NCBI GenBank assembly: GCA_951406725.2
Contig: OX597822.1
Span: 72,292,001 to 72,356,000 of the forward strand
DNA from: Octopus vulgaris
Taxonomy: Eukaryota
Reading direction: 5' to 3'
Length of the DNA: 64,000 bases
A model generated the notes under the pieces. It made no database searches, was not told the DNA's origin, and saw only the letters and a program-made list of their open reading frames with translations. Below, one piece after another: positions 24,228 to 38,024 of the stretch. The position numbers and the translations under genes were made by a program. Position 1 is the first letter of the stretch. Every line of letters begins with the position of its first letter.

Positions 24228-24415
24228 TTGTGTGTCTCTATGTTTGTCCCTCCGCCATCGCTTGAAAACCGACGTTGGTGTGTTTATGTCCCTGAAAAAG
24301 TGAACGATAGAATAAATACCAGGCTTACAAAACATAAGTCCTGGGGTCGATGTGTTTAACTAAGGGTGGTGCTCTAGCATTGCCGCAGTCGAATAACAGA
24401 AACAAGTTAAAGAAT
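23934..24415 (+). mobile_element. SINE family B (23934-24147) followed by a microsatellite and a family C 3' half (24225-24415)
   Basis: Homology to both families. Confidence 0.8.
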
Positions 24416-24639
24416 TAGAGAATATATATATGTGTATGTGTGTGTGTGTGTGTGTGTGTGCATGTGTAAGTATGATTACGAAAATCGCACAGAACCATAT
24501 GTGCCTATGAATCCTAGAATAACCATTAAGGACCATAAAACAATATTTATTCTGACCCACAAATAAGACTGATATGCCCATGTAAGTCTGATATAGGGAG
24601 ACTCAGTAAACGCACACTAGATAAATATATAGATAAACT

Positions 24640-25400
24640 TAATACGTTAAATAACTTTAAACTCTGGAGTTGTACCCGAGATACGTTAAATTGTTTCAAA
24701 AATAGGTGCAAGTTCATCCAAATAGATATAGAAAATTATTATTCATCTATTAACGAGATTATTCTTAATAAGGCCCTTATATATGCTATGAAAAAGGTTA
24801 AGATGACATACGATGAAGTTAAAGTAGTGCTAACAACGAGGAAATCCCTAATAATATATAAAAATAAAACATGGGCTAGGAAAGACACTAGGGATTGCTT
24901 TGATATAACCATGGGCGCCCCAGACTCTGCCCAAGTAACAGATTTAGTAGGAATAGACCTACTATCTGAACTTGAGTTAGAATACTTTAACATAGAGGGA
25001 GGTCTATATAGGGGTGACCTACTCCTTATAACTAGAAACTGCAGCAATAGATCATTAGAAAACATACATAAAAAATTATACAAATTCTTTAAGAATTATG
25101 GTTTAGATATCTTTATCAAGAAAGGACATTCTGCGGTTAACTACCTAGATGCAAACCTAAACATAGTAACTAATAAAACCCACCCATTCTGTAAGTTAAA
25201 CGAGAACCTTAAGTACATTAATGCCCTTAGTAACCATCCTAGCTCAGTTAAAAAAAGCATTAATAGGCAATGTAGGTAAAAGAATTTCTATGTTATCCTC
25301 GGATACTGAAACTTTCAATAAACATGCCTCTTACTATGATAGTGCATTAAAAGAAGCAGGTTTCTTTATTGAAAAAATAAATTCGTTAGTGATTACGGAC
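24640..25400 (+). mobile_element. Penelope-like element reverse transcriptase remnant
   Basis: FDITMGAPDSAQVTDLVG...GGLYRGD (decayed YRDD)...VNYLD...NLKYINALSNHP...RISMLSSD..F.KH..YY..AL..AG. These RT and thumb motifs are of the Penelope-like type; the frame is broken. Confidence 0.8.
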
Positions 25401-25676
25401 CCAATAATAATACTAATAATCATCCTAACTCTCAAACCAACTATGGAAGTAATAATAGCAATAATAATAATAAACAATATAAGGAAATAATAAAGATAAT
25501 TATAATATAAATCTAAATAAAAATAATAATAGTAATTATTATGGTAAGGATAATACTAAAAATAACTCGAATAAAATAATAAGCATAAATATTTTATACC
25601 CACGAAGGATACACTGACAACGATGAAAAATAATAATTACAATCATAATAATATATATATATTCATGTATATAGAC

Positions 25677-25713
<37 letters not shown>

Positions 25714-25729
25714 CATATACGAGTATATG

Positions 25730-25765
<36 letters not shown>

Positions 25766-25775
25766 CATACATATA

Positions 25776-25854
<79 letters not shown>

Positions 25855-26699
25855 ATACATACATATATATGAATATGTACATATAGACACACAAACACAT
25901 TTTCTGTTCCCCTCTCGAAATATCACTGTGTAATGATCTGTTGAAATTTATCACTGCGTGAATGATTTTATATGCGCATTTAATCTTAAAAGTTTAACAC
26001 ATCTACGTACGAACACATATACGCACAAATGTGTGTGTGTGTGTATGTGTGCGTGTGTATTCATATTTATGTATATGTTTTAGATATGTGCATATTAGTA
26101 TAAATACACATGTTTGCGTAAATGTTCTTGATATAGTCGAAAGGAAGTCTTTTGTACATTTTTGCGGGAAGCATCGCCATCGGCCATTGCAAATCCCAGG
26201 AGGAATGAAGAAATGGAATACGAAGATTGAAGGTTGAAGTGTCAATTGTGTTATGATTTACAAGGAACATATGTGCTGTGCATCCAATTACATATGACAA
26301 AAGTGATTCCCTCTGGCTTTTTGCTGTATTTTCACGAAGGTGAATTAAGCAAGCCATGTTTATGTAGCATTTACTCCAAATAAAAACCACTCACAAGCAC
26401 ACAAATGCATACGGAGAAGTACACGACCATTTACTATATGGAACCACTTGTAGGTGCAGATGCACGCCTAAACGGACAGGGGAAGCATCAATGAAAGTTT
26501 ATAACAGAATTTCAGAGACTGAAACACCTAAATTAAAGAAGACTAAAACGCATATTATGTTAATTTCAATTAAGATTTAATTAACATCGACACAATTATA
26601 AAATAGCATATGTTAAATCCTTATCTACTTTTCTGTTTCTTCACCTCCTACTGTTACAAGCACAACCACTAGCACCACCACAACCCCCGCCACAGCCGA

Positions 26700-26860
26700 C
26701 GCCGCTACCGCCGCTGCCGCCGCTGCCGCCGCTGCCGCCGCTGCCGCCGCTGCCGCCGCTGCCGCCGCTGCCGCCGCTGCCGCCGCTGCCGCCGCTGCCG
26801 ACGTTGCCGCCGCTGCCGCCGCTGCCGCCGCTGCTGGTGGTGCTGCTGGTGGTGCTGCTG
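26700..26860. repeat. GC-rich (GCCGCCGCT)n repeat, about 14 units
   Basis: Direct reading; an isolated very GC-rich tract. Confidence 0.95.
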
Positions 26861-26904
26861 ATTCCCCCTAAAAATAACATTTAAAAAATAGTCCTGTCTA
26901 CCTG

Positions 26905-27096
26905 CAGGCACATGGCTGGAAATTTTGGGGAAAGTGTTAGTCCACCCAGTACTTTACTGGTACTTATTTTATCAGATCTCAAAGGATGGAAGGGAAAGAC
27001 GACCTCGGCGTAATTTAATCTCAGAACGTAGCGATGGATGAAATACCGCCAAGTACTTGGCACATCATGCTAACGATTCTGCCAGCTCGCTGCCTT

Positions 27097-27158
<62 letters not shown>

Positions 27159-27352
27159 TATAATAATCCTTCTATTATGGGGGCAAGGCCTGAACTTTGG
27201 AGGAGAAGACCCAGTCTATTAGATCGACCGCAGTACACAACAGGTACCTATTTTATTGACTCTAAAAGGATGAAAGGTAAAGTCAACCTCGGTGGAATTT
27301 GAACTCAGAATATAGCGACTGGCAAAATACTGCTAAACATTTCGCCCGGCGA
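26905..27352 (-). mobile_element. Two diverged family B SINEs separated by (AAT)n
   Basis: Homology to family B. Confidence 0.75.
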
Positions 27353-27713
27353 ACTAGCTGGTACTTAATTTATCGGCCCCGAAAGAATGAAAGGCAACCA
27401 TGTTGTTGGGAAGCAAGCTTCTTACCACACAGCCGCTCCTGCGCCTATGTTCGAGAAAATATAAGTACTGGTGTCGATTTGCTGGAGTAAATTCTTCATG
27501 ATAGTGCTTCAGCATAACCGCGATCCAATGACAAAAGAGAGTAAAACTAAATATGTGGCAATTCTTTTCGGATAAAGCATTATCGACCAAATGATTTCTT
27601 TATTCTGAATTTTGTGTCCCAATGAGTAGCATAATCAAATGAGTCTTTGTCAGCTATTTCCAACGTTGTTTATTGTAACGAGGGTTATTCACTGAGAAAA
27701 ACCTAATTTAAAC

Positions 27714-28120
27714 TATAGGTGCAGGAGTGGCTGTGTGGTAAGTAACTTGCTTACCAACCACCTGGTTCCGGGTTCAGTCCTAATGCGTGGCGCCTTGGGC
27801 AAGTGTCTTCTTCTATAGCCTCGGGCCGACCAGAGCCTTGTGAGTGGACTTCGTAGACGGAAACTGAAAGAAGCCTGTCGTGTATATGTATATATATATA
27901 TATGTATGCCTGTGTATATGTTTCTGTGTCTGTTTGTACCCCCAACATCGCTTGACAACCGATGCTGGTGCGTTTACGTCCCCGTAACTTAGTGGTTCGA
28001 CAAAAGAGACCGATAGAATAAGTACTAGGCTTACAAAGAATAATTCCTGGGGTGATTTGCTCGTCTAAATGCAGTGATCCAGCATGGCCGCAGTCAAATG
28101 ACTGAAACAAGTAAAAGAGT
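27714..28120 (+). mobile_element. SINE family C, full length
   Basis: Homology to 2240-2648. Confidence 0.9.
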
Positions 28121-28909
28121 AATCTACTTAGATTCATAAGAGGAGCTGCACTCAGTACTGCAACTAGACTACAAAAAACTTCCGTTTCTCTGTTACAGCT
28201 CCCTACAACGACAAAATACCCCATCTATCCATATTACCAACTAAATGTTAGGTGACTTGAGTGAGTGTCGAACGAATGAGAAAGTTTCTTTGTGGCTAAT
28301 TAACCTACTAGAAATACTAGCTAAATCTTCTCGAATTACACGCCACCGTCTCGAAACGGCAGTAACGCCTAGATATACATATGAAGCTGAGATGGTTGCG
28401 GCTACAGGGAATTCGATCACATGTCTCCACGATCAGGTTTGATCAGAACCTACAAAGGAATATCACTTAACACCGAGCATACGAGAGATCCCCCACCCAT
28501 CACGTAGACGCTTGAGCTGCTTGAAATAGTAATCAAGTACTGCCGAAGCGAAACTACACTTAAAATGAGAAAGTATATACTGGATATTGTACAGAAATAG
28601 AATAAAATATCCGTAGATGGAATGATTTCATCGTAGACCTGGTTTATAATAGTAACGTGAGGCAACGTAGTTATAGTTGATAATAACTAACTTGAGGCTA
28701 AACGGCTAAGATAATACTATTTAAATGTTTCAGCTACAGTCTCATCGAATACGGGTGTCAAGATTCGAACTAGCTATACTCTGGTCACTTTGTCGATTTA
28801 GCTCCTTGAAATACGGTTCAAATACGATTAATGTATTAAAAAAATAACACAAACATTGTAAGAAAGTGATATAAAAGAATATGAACTCAAATAATGCTTA
28901 TAAGATATT

Positions 28910-29100
28910 CCTTTATACTCTAGGCACAAGGTCCGATATTTTTGTGGAGGGGGCCAGTCGATTAGGTCGACCCTAGTACGCAACTGGTACTTAATTTATC
29001 GACCCCGAAAGAATGAAACGCTAAGTCGATCTCGGCGGTATTTGAACTCAAATCGTGAAGACATTTTCCAGCATGCTAACGTTTCTGCCAACTCGCCGCC
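28910..29100 (-). mobile_element. SINE family B
   Basis: Homology to family B. Confidence 0.85.
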
Positions 29101-29385
29101 ATGTAGGTTTAAGATATTGAATAAACACAAATAACATGAGTATGAATATATTATAGTATTTTTCTATGAATATACATAATACATATTTGAATATTTTGAA
29201 ATGAACTGTATTCAGAATACATATTTTGAAAATAGCAAGATGAGTGTACACACTCACGCACGCACGCACGCACACAACACCTATCTATTCATAATACATA
29301 CAAATAGTTCTATATATATATAAATATATATATGTACAATATATATGTATACATGATATACATATGTACATATATTTATATATGC

Positions 29386-29418
<33 letters not shown>

Positions 29419-29597
29419 CATACACATATTTATGGATAGGGTATAGACAGAGAGATACAGAACAGACATAACTTTATGTATACGAATTCACACATGCATA
29501 CATATATACATACGTGCATACATACATATATATGTATATATGCATATATACATGCTCATATATGTACATAATACAGATATTTGTATATATATGAGCA

Positions 29598-29628
<31 letters not shown>

Positions 29629-29637
29629 TTCTCTCTT

Positions 29638-29669
<32 letters not shown>

Positions 29670-29687
29670 CATATATATATCTGTATG

Positions 29688-29739
<52 letters not shown>

Positions 29740-30057
29740 TGTATATATGTATATATGTATATATATCTTTATATATATATTTAATATGTGCGTGTATGCA
29801 TATGTATACAAATATCGTGTTCTTTCAGTGTCATAAGGTATTTAGATCTTTTATTTCTATAGAAAACTATGTATTAATGTATTGTGCCCTTATGAAAACC
29901 GTCCGGCAGTGCCAGTAACTTTTAGAGCTGATATTTGAATAAAGTTTGCAGTTTGGCACCAGAATATGTAACTGAAACATTCGCCAATTCATACAGCACT
30001 GACATAAGTGATAGAAGATTCTATTATTCTATAACTGGTTTCATTTATTTCATCTTT

Positions 30058-30231
30058 TTCAAAGTCCCTGTCAGTAATATTCCTGTTTAAGAATGCTGAA
30101 TTTGAACTCTAGAAATGTATAGAATAACCCCTCAGATTGATGTAAAATTGATTTTCTTATGAATAAGTACAAACAGAAATAATTATCAATGTATATATAA
30201 CCATATACAATAATTTTACACACACACACAC

Positions 30232-30275
<44 letters not shown>

Positions 30276-31295
30276 GTGTGTGTATGAGTGTGTGTATATA
30301 TTTATACTAGGGAGAGTCAAAAAGTAATGCCATTTTGTTTAGGATAGGTATAATTATCAACGCAGGAACATGTATCATACATCAAAATAAAGCTGGTCCT
30401 CTGTGGATCACATCCCTACTTCTCAACATAGTCACCGTTTCTCTCAATAGCAATGTTCCACCTTCGAATGAGAGCATGTATCCCTATCCCGTAAAATTCT
30501 GTTGACTGTTCTTTGAGCCACACTAACCAGATTTAGTGCCTTCAAACTATCATCTCTTCGGTGCCACGAAAGAGGGCTTGAGAAGCAAAAATTATTCCAG
30601 TGAGGAGGAAGTGAAAACTGTAATGAAGGAGGGGCTCAAACAACAGTCAAGAGAATTTTACGGGGCGGGAATACAAGCTCTCAGTCGAAGGTGGAACATT
30701 GCTACTGAGAGAAACGGTGACTATGTTGAGAAGTAGGGATGCAATCCACAAAGAAGCAGCTTCATTTTGATGTATGATATATGTTCCTGTGTTGGTAATT
30801 ATACCTATCCTAAACAAAATGGCATGAAATGGGAGAGAAAACCAGAAAGGATGAAGAACAAGAGAGGGAGAGAGACAGACAGAAGAGAAAAAGTAAAGTT
30901 AAGAGTGCGCATCATAATTATTAAGATAAAAGTTACTTGGAAGAGGATGCGCGGCGTTCGATCATATAATAACAAAATATAAACATATGCACATATACAT
31001 ATATGTACATACTTACATCTATATGCATATATACATGCATATATGGGTACAGGATATAAAAAAAAAACGTTGAACACAATGAGAGACGAAAACATAAAAA
31101 CAAAAACATGGAAACGGACTTTTTTTCAAACAACGAAAAAGCAGAGTACAAGACATACAACACAAGGAATTATTTCTGTTTATACTTAGTCATAATAAAA
31201 ATAATTTTACATCAGCCTGCCGGGGTTATTCTATACATTTCTAGAGTTCAAATTTAGCCTTCTTAAACAAGAATATCATTGACAGTGACTTCGAA
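30058..31295. repeat. Inverted repeat pair with arms of about 125 bp (30058-30184 and 31168-31295)
   Basis: The core AATTTGAACTCTAGAAATGTATAGAATAACCCC is the exact reverse complement of the right arm. Similarity extends on both sides. Confidence 0.85.
30306..30825. mobile_element. Mariner-derived fold-back/MITE-like element with inverted arms of about 190 bp
   Basis: Arms lie at 30327-30519 and 30633-30825. The plus strand encodes a mariner C-terminus: PDLVPSNYHLFG...GIQAL..RWN....NGDYVEK. Confidence 0.85.
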
Positions 31296-32531
31296 GTATC
31301 GGCCAGTAAAGTCATCGCTGAACTGTGATTAACGAATGAAAGAGCAGCGCTAAACACTAGTTGAAAAGTATATGGGTCTATTGAAACTGCAGAGTACAAT
31401 ACGGTAGAGATAATTTTAATTAACGAGTTATATTGTATAGTATTTGATATAGCTGTGGTTGCCTGATGATAATATCATCCCGAGTTATTTCCCTTGGCAT
31501 ATTTTTGTTTACACTTAGCAAAATACCTAGACCATAAACGTGTTCTGTACTTCTTATATATGTCTAACTCACCTAGCCGCTGGAGAACAATTACCTAAGC
31601 CTCTCCCAGGTGTTGGAGCTCCGTCATCTTGCTTATGGCGCTTACTGAGGCTTAAACACATGTCCATGACTGTCGTCTTTTCTCTAGACTAAAAATCCCT
31701 GTGCTTTTCTGCAATGGCATGTCAGCTATGGATAATCCTTGGTTCTTGAGATTATCGCCTCTTTTCATTTAAAGCTTCTTTTAATTGCTAGTTGATAGTT
31801 ATGAACAATAGGAGGTCATTTTAGTAACTCAAGAAGTTATGTTGTATCGTATTTTACATACCTGTATTTCTCTATATGCTACTGTATGTATGTATGTATG
31901 TATGTATGTATGTATGTATGTATGTATGTATGTATGTATGTATGTATGTATGTATTAATGTATGTATGTATGTATGTATTAATGTATGTATGTATATCAT
32001 TATTCAGTTTACGTCAAGATTTCTTGCCAAACGAGAAAGAACCAGTTTCTTACCTAGATCCAAGGCCCCTACATTGGAATTTCAACATCAACAACAGAGT
32101 GTTTTGTATGTATGTATATATGTTTTATATATGTATGTGTATGCGGATTTGTATGTTGTATGTATGTATTCTCATGTATATAGTTGCATATCTAGACATG
32201 CTCATATCTATTTAAATGATAAACTTCATATATATTTAAATGATAAACTACAGTTCCAATGATGGATTGAATCTGTAGTCTTCGAATTAGCTTTCTTCTT
32301 CCTGGCTTTGTGAAGCCTAATTTCTCAAGATTGGTATTTAGGCAATGTGTTATATATCCCAGGCTCCAATAATTACAGGTATAAACCTGAACTTGTCGTC
32401 TGGGAAGAGTAACTGTAGATTTCTCAATAGTTCGGCATAGGTGCTCTCTTTTACACTGAGCTTCAGCTTTATGTATGTATGTATGTATGTATGTATGTAT
32501 GTATGTATGTATGTATGTATGTATGCATGTA

Positions 32532-32567
<36 letters not shown>

Positions 32568-34600
32568 CGTGTGTGTAGTTATGAATGATTACATATACAT
32601 ATAGGTAGCATTCCTCTGAAATTCCGGATTCCTTTTGCCTTCTCAGTTACACACACACACTCAGAGCTTTATCTATGAAATAACTTTCTCACCAAATTTG
32701 CTGCTCCGAAATTACTTCCTATGACATTATCATTCACATGCGCTTTACTGATGTATATATGTATATAAAAACCAGCAGAATTCTGTAACTTTCAGAGGAG
32801 TATGATGAAAGACAGATTCCACTTCGACCTTTTTCGAAAGTGCACATGAAGGAAAGATTTTACTTTCATAAAGAATCAGCCCATTAGTTTCTTATTGATT
32901 CATAATTGAATATAATTCGATTTTAACGTTGACGCCATGCAGACATTTACCTCTTCATATGATAAAGAAACTCCATTTTGATTCTAGTTGAGGCCAATTA
33001 ATATCCTGTCGGGTTCTTTACGTCTTCGCTGACAATAGATCCGGCTATTGCCTTTTATTTAGTTGAGATAATTGACTACTCAGCGAAATTGAAAAATAGT
33101 CATTCAGTGTTTGATGATTTCACTACGACGAAGTATGTCAAATATAAAGTATAATGAGCTACTCTACGTCGAGTCGACGGCTTTGTGTAATTAATGTTTA
33201 ATCTGCATTGTAGGTTAATAGTTGGTTGTAAAACAAAGCGGGTTTGCTTGGTCGAGAATTGAGAAGTTCTAGGTGTGAAAGATTAAGTAAAGACTTTAAA
33301 AGAGAATGCACAAAGAGAAGCACATCGTAATTGATGGGACGATAAAAGTGGTGAGGGATGTCATTATGTGTGTATACTATGTGAGTATCTGAATGGAATT
33401 TGCATCAGACTAGAATCGATACTGTGTTGTGCTATCGATTCATGTTAAACTTGTCTTTTACTTTACCATGTTCGCTACCAGCAAATACAAATTAATCATC
33501 CAAAACTTTAGCACACGGCTAAATATTTCTGACAAAGTTGTAATCGATTTCTGGGATATAATTGGTGATTCCCCCCTGGAAAAAAAACCGGTAAAGTTGT
33601 CCTCGATAGGATTTGAAATTGTATCACAAACTTCGCTTGAGAAGGGGGAGGTTGTCGTAGATAGGCATGTCTGTGTCCCCTTAACCAGAGTATCAGCGAC
33701 AAGAACCAATCTCTCTGCTAACACCTTAGCAAAAAGTCTTCAACTCAGCATTTAGCGGAGTTAGGGGCCTGAATTTGTTACAAATTATCCTCTTTACATG
33801 CCTTTCTTCAACAGCAACACTCATTACTTTTCGCAGATCTGGAAATTTTCCCGTTCTTCTGTTAGGCACAGTAGGCATCTATCAAGGGCCCCCAGAAAAT
33901 ATGTGGCATATGAAGTTAAAGGTCACAAGGCAGACCAATTAGCCCCATCGCTTCATTGTGTTTCGCCAGCTGTTATAGGTATGAATAAACTTAACTGCCG
34001 TCGAAGTAAACACTAAAATTCACATTCAACTACCCAAAAATGTGTGAAGAGCCGCTAAAAAGCCGTACACATCCGTTCGAAATCGAATAGCATCAAAGAT
34101 CGAATTGTGGATCGGTGCCACTCTGTGCCTCTGCCACCAAGCCAGTCCAACGGCTTTCACGTCTGTATTTTTCAGCGTACATACCCTAAGAATGGCAACA
34201 CAACCCTCGTGCTTAGCTTTGAAATATTAGTCAAGGGCCAATCTCGTGGCCAATATGTAAGTTGCAATGCCTTTCTTAAGCGTGTCTTATAGGTTACTAG
34301 CTTTACCTCATTCTCGAATTCTTGATCACTATTTCCTTACAAAACCTTATCGATTCTAATCTAATAGCTCATTTCAAGACAAAACACTGCCGGAAGTTGA
34401 CAATTGCTCCTATCAACTTACTCTTTAGTAGTTCTCCAATACAGTCTCTGTAAACATCTTATTCCGGGAAAGAAGCTTTAAGTTTCCAGCAACCAGGCCC
34501 CTGTCTATGCAGCTTATTTAAGCCGCCCGAACAGATAACAAATTTATTCTCTGTATATTCGGCGATTTTAAATTATGGAGTGTGTGTGTATGTGTGTGTG

Positions 34601-34646
<46 letters not shown>

Positions 34647-35019
34647 GATATCAACGTAGGTTGAACAAACAATTTATACTTTTCCGTAGAAAAATATCTT
34701 CCTTTGTACCAGGGCCCACTTTGTATGTCATGCCTTACTAGGTTGATGAAATTAGTACCAGACAAAGAACTAGGGCCGATATGAATGGGTAAAAATCTCT
34801 TAAACCTGGTACCCTAGCATAGGGTACCAGGTCCAGCGACTGAAACCAGTCAAAAAACATAGACCCTTGAATCGGTCGATTGGTCTACAAAAACTAATAT
34901 TTATTCTATGATCTAAAAACATGGGAGGAATCGTAAAACCAATTCTGGTGAAACTGAAACTCATAGGATAAATAATGTCCAGTAACCACTGGACATTAAT
35001 GCTTCGAGTCCTAGGACTC

Positions 35020-35215
35020 AAAAAGCAGATTACCCGATTTCCTGAGGAGATCACAACATTCCCGCAGTCAGTCGTAGGGTTACTCATTTTAAATTGAGTG
35101 AAATGAGACACTGTGAAAGGAAGTGTTTTACTCAAGAACACAGCACATCGCACAGTCCAAGAATCGAAACCACAATCTTGCTATCATGAGTGTAGCGCCC
35201 TAACCATTAGGCTAC
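35020..35215 (-). mobile_element. Old tRNA-derived SINE
   Basis: Minus strand reads TAGCCTAATGGTTAGGGCG...GGTTTCGATTC...GTGTTCTTGAGTAAAACACTT. Related to 51093-51330. Confidence 0.6.
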
Positions 35216-35257
35216 GTCAATTTAACATAGGATAAAGGGATATGACTAAATACTGAT

Positions 35258-35468
35258 TTCAAATTTTGGCACAAGACCTGCAATTTTGGGGAGGTGCAAA
35301 TTCGATTAAATCGACCCCAGTGTTCAACTGATATTTATCTAATCGACCCGGAAAGGGTGACAAGCAAAGTCGACTTTCGCAGTATTTGAACTCAGAGCGT
35401 AAAGACGAACAAAATGCTGCGAAGCATGTTTCCCTTTATGCTAACGATTCCACCAGTTTACTGCCTTC
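35258..35468 (-). mobile_element. SINE family B, diverged
   Basis: Homology to family B. Confidence 0.8.
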
Positions 35469-35669
35469 ATATGACTAAACATTAAAGATATTTATCCATT
35501 GTTTCTACATTGGATAAATCATGTTGCTACAGGTACTCCAATGGTTCTACATTTACATATTGCTGCTTTTGTTTAGTTTTATGGTAAATCTAATCTAATA
35601 AACCAGTCACGGGCATACTGCGACCCTTGGGACTTCCTGAATCGCACGCCGAACGAAAAATTACTTCTG

Positions 35670-35830
35670 AACTATTTAGTCCGTGCGCGTAAGCGAAAGC
35701 ATGGTATTGTAAGCACTCGTCTTGGTCTGTTTGTCTGTGTGTTTGCAAAATGACTGGAAAACGGCTGAACGGATTTTCCCCATATTTGGCAGAAATACTC
35801 ATTGGATGAGTGGCTCGAAATGATGAAAGT
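35670..35830 (+). mobile_element. Possible non-autonomous rolling-circle (Helitron/Helentron-like) element end
   Basis: GCGTAAGCGAAAGC...GGTATTG...GTCTGTTTGTCTGT...AAAACGGCTGAACGGATTTT resembles DINE-1/HINE-type ends. Recognised from memory only. Confidence 0.35.
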
Positions 35831-38024
35831 TTGGCTTGATTATCTTCAAACATACATAAATGCATACATAGATATGCAATTGTGTGTGTGCCTGTGTGTG
35901 TGTGTGTACAGTGATAGATTTGAAGGTTTCGTTTATTTACGTGTTGATTTCTTAATTTCACCGGAGTCTAAATACCTATAATGGTAATATTAAAAAAAAA
36001 ATCGAACTTACAAATTTCCCCATAAGCAAGTATTCATATTATTTATATCCTACAACGAACTACGGTACGTTTGATCATCTGCCATCATTAAAAAAACACG
36101 TTCAAAACACTTCTCAAATTCTATGCAATATTTTCATTAAGTATTTCATTTTGTTCACCTTTTTCATAATCTTGATTATTATTGGAATAATTATTCATTT
36201 AGTCATATACAAATCTTACTCATATGCAAATTGTATGTTGAACTTTCCAAAAACAACCTTTGGTTTTCTTTGTCAACTCGTATTTTAACATTTCACTGTA
36301 AAACTATTGAAATAGAAAATATTTTTTTGAACGCGCATGATTCTACAGAGAAACATTTTATGTTATTTTCTTTTAATTCTAATTCCAAACATCCTAAGAT
36401 AACATTCAGATTTCTTTTCCAACTCGTATTTTAAAGCTTTCGCGAAAAAACTTATCTGCGCGCAGAGTATGTATGCATCGCCATTTTTTCTTTTTACATT
36501 TTAGTAATGCAGTTTATTTGAAAAAGTTACTCATATCTGGAATAGACCGATGATATAAAGTTTTTCAGCTGAAACCATCCTGTTTATTCATTTCAAACAT
36601 AATGCATTTAAGAAGACTATATTATCTATCTCACCAATTTTTTAATAAAAAAGAGGGTAGTTTTAGAGAGATTTTGGTGGTTAATTTTAACTCGTAAAAC
36701 CACTTAGAGTCTTTCTCATTATATTGATTTTCTACACATTAACTGTTATGGTTACTAAACAGATGAACAATGGAAATGAATAGATTACGAAATATCTAAC
36801 TGTAAAGTTATTTACTTCAATCTATTACAAAACGGAAATACTTCATTGAATAAATAGTACAAAAAACAAAGAATCTAGACTTTACTATGAAATACTAAAT
36901 TGTAATTCCCTTCGACGGTGGTAATGAAATTACGATCAGATAAGCGACAGTTATAACTACTAATAAGTCTAAATGCCGCTGATATTTCGTAAAAAATCTA
37001 CATTTCTATCTCAGGTCAGAAAAGGAATCAATTTGTAATTGAATATATTTAGTGTGACTTCATAGGCTGCTGCGTTGGATTATCAGTTCTGAAGTGTACA
37101 CAAAGTTAATCTCAAGTAGCGTGTGTGTAGTGAACAAATGCTTGCATGGGCATGTGTGTGTATGTATGCATGTGTGTGTGCGTGTATGTGTGTGAGAGTG
37201 ATGTTTGCATATGTATGTGTGAATGTGTGTGCGTGTGTATCGTAGTAGTGCTTGTCTCTGGCTTTGTCACTGATTGTGTACTATGTGTATATCTATATGA
37301 GCATAGGTATGTGCGAAAGTATATGTGTGCATGTGTGTGTGTGTGCGTTTGTGTGTGCGCCTGTGTGTGCATATGCTTGTATGTGTATACGCTGTATATT
37401 GTATCCATGTATCGTGGATGTATCTTGCTTTTATTTCTCTATGAGGTCCGATTTCTTTATATATATGTGTGTATGTGTGTGTGTGTGAGAGAGAGAATGA
37501 GAGAAAGAGAAAGAAAGAGAGAGAAAGAGAAAGAGAGAGAGAGATTCTATGTGCAAGTGTGCATGTGAATAGCTGTATGTGAATGAGGCGTACACCATGT
37601 GTGTCTATATTGGCATATTGTCGTGCAGGACTTCTATTCAATAAACAGCTTAACAGAAAATTGAATTTGCACTTTGCAATTCTAATTGAAATATTTAGAA
37701 GCGAACCTTAATACTCACAGACATATCAAATCTTCCCATTACCATAGATAATCAGCTAATTTCGATGCTAATTCCTGCCAACACTGTATAAATACGAGCT
37801 TGTGATGGCATCGTCTGCATTGGTATGACACGTCATGCAGTAAATTTGCAGACACGAAATAACGATATATGATTTCCATTTAGAGAGATATGGAGAAAGT
37901 TTCTGAAGTAAATTAATTTTCAACATCATAATATGTATATCGGGAGTAAAAGTATACTGAAGGGATATCAGAGTTGAAATCTATCCGGAACTAACGGTTG
38001 TGTTTGTTATTGATAAAAACACAA

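Noticed and set aside
26641-26911. Gly-Ser-rich or Arg-Gln-rich ORFs as standalone proteins
   Set aside because: They are alternative frames of one 9-bp repeat with no independent gene context.
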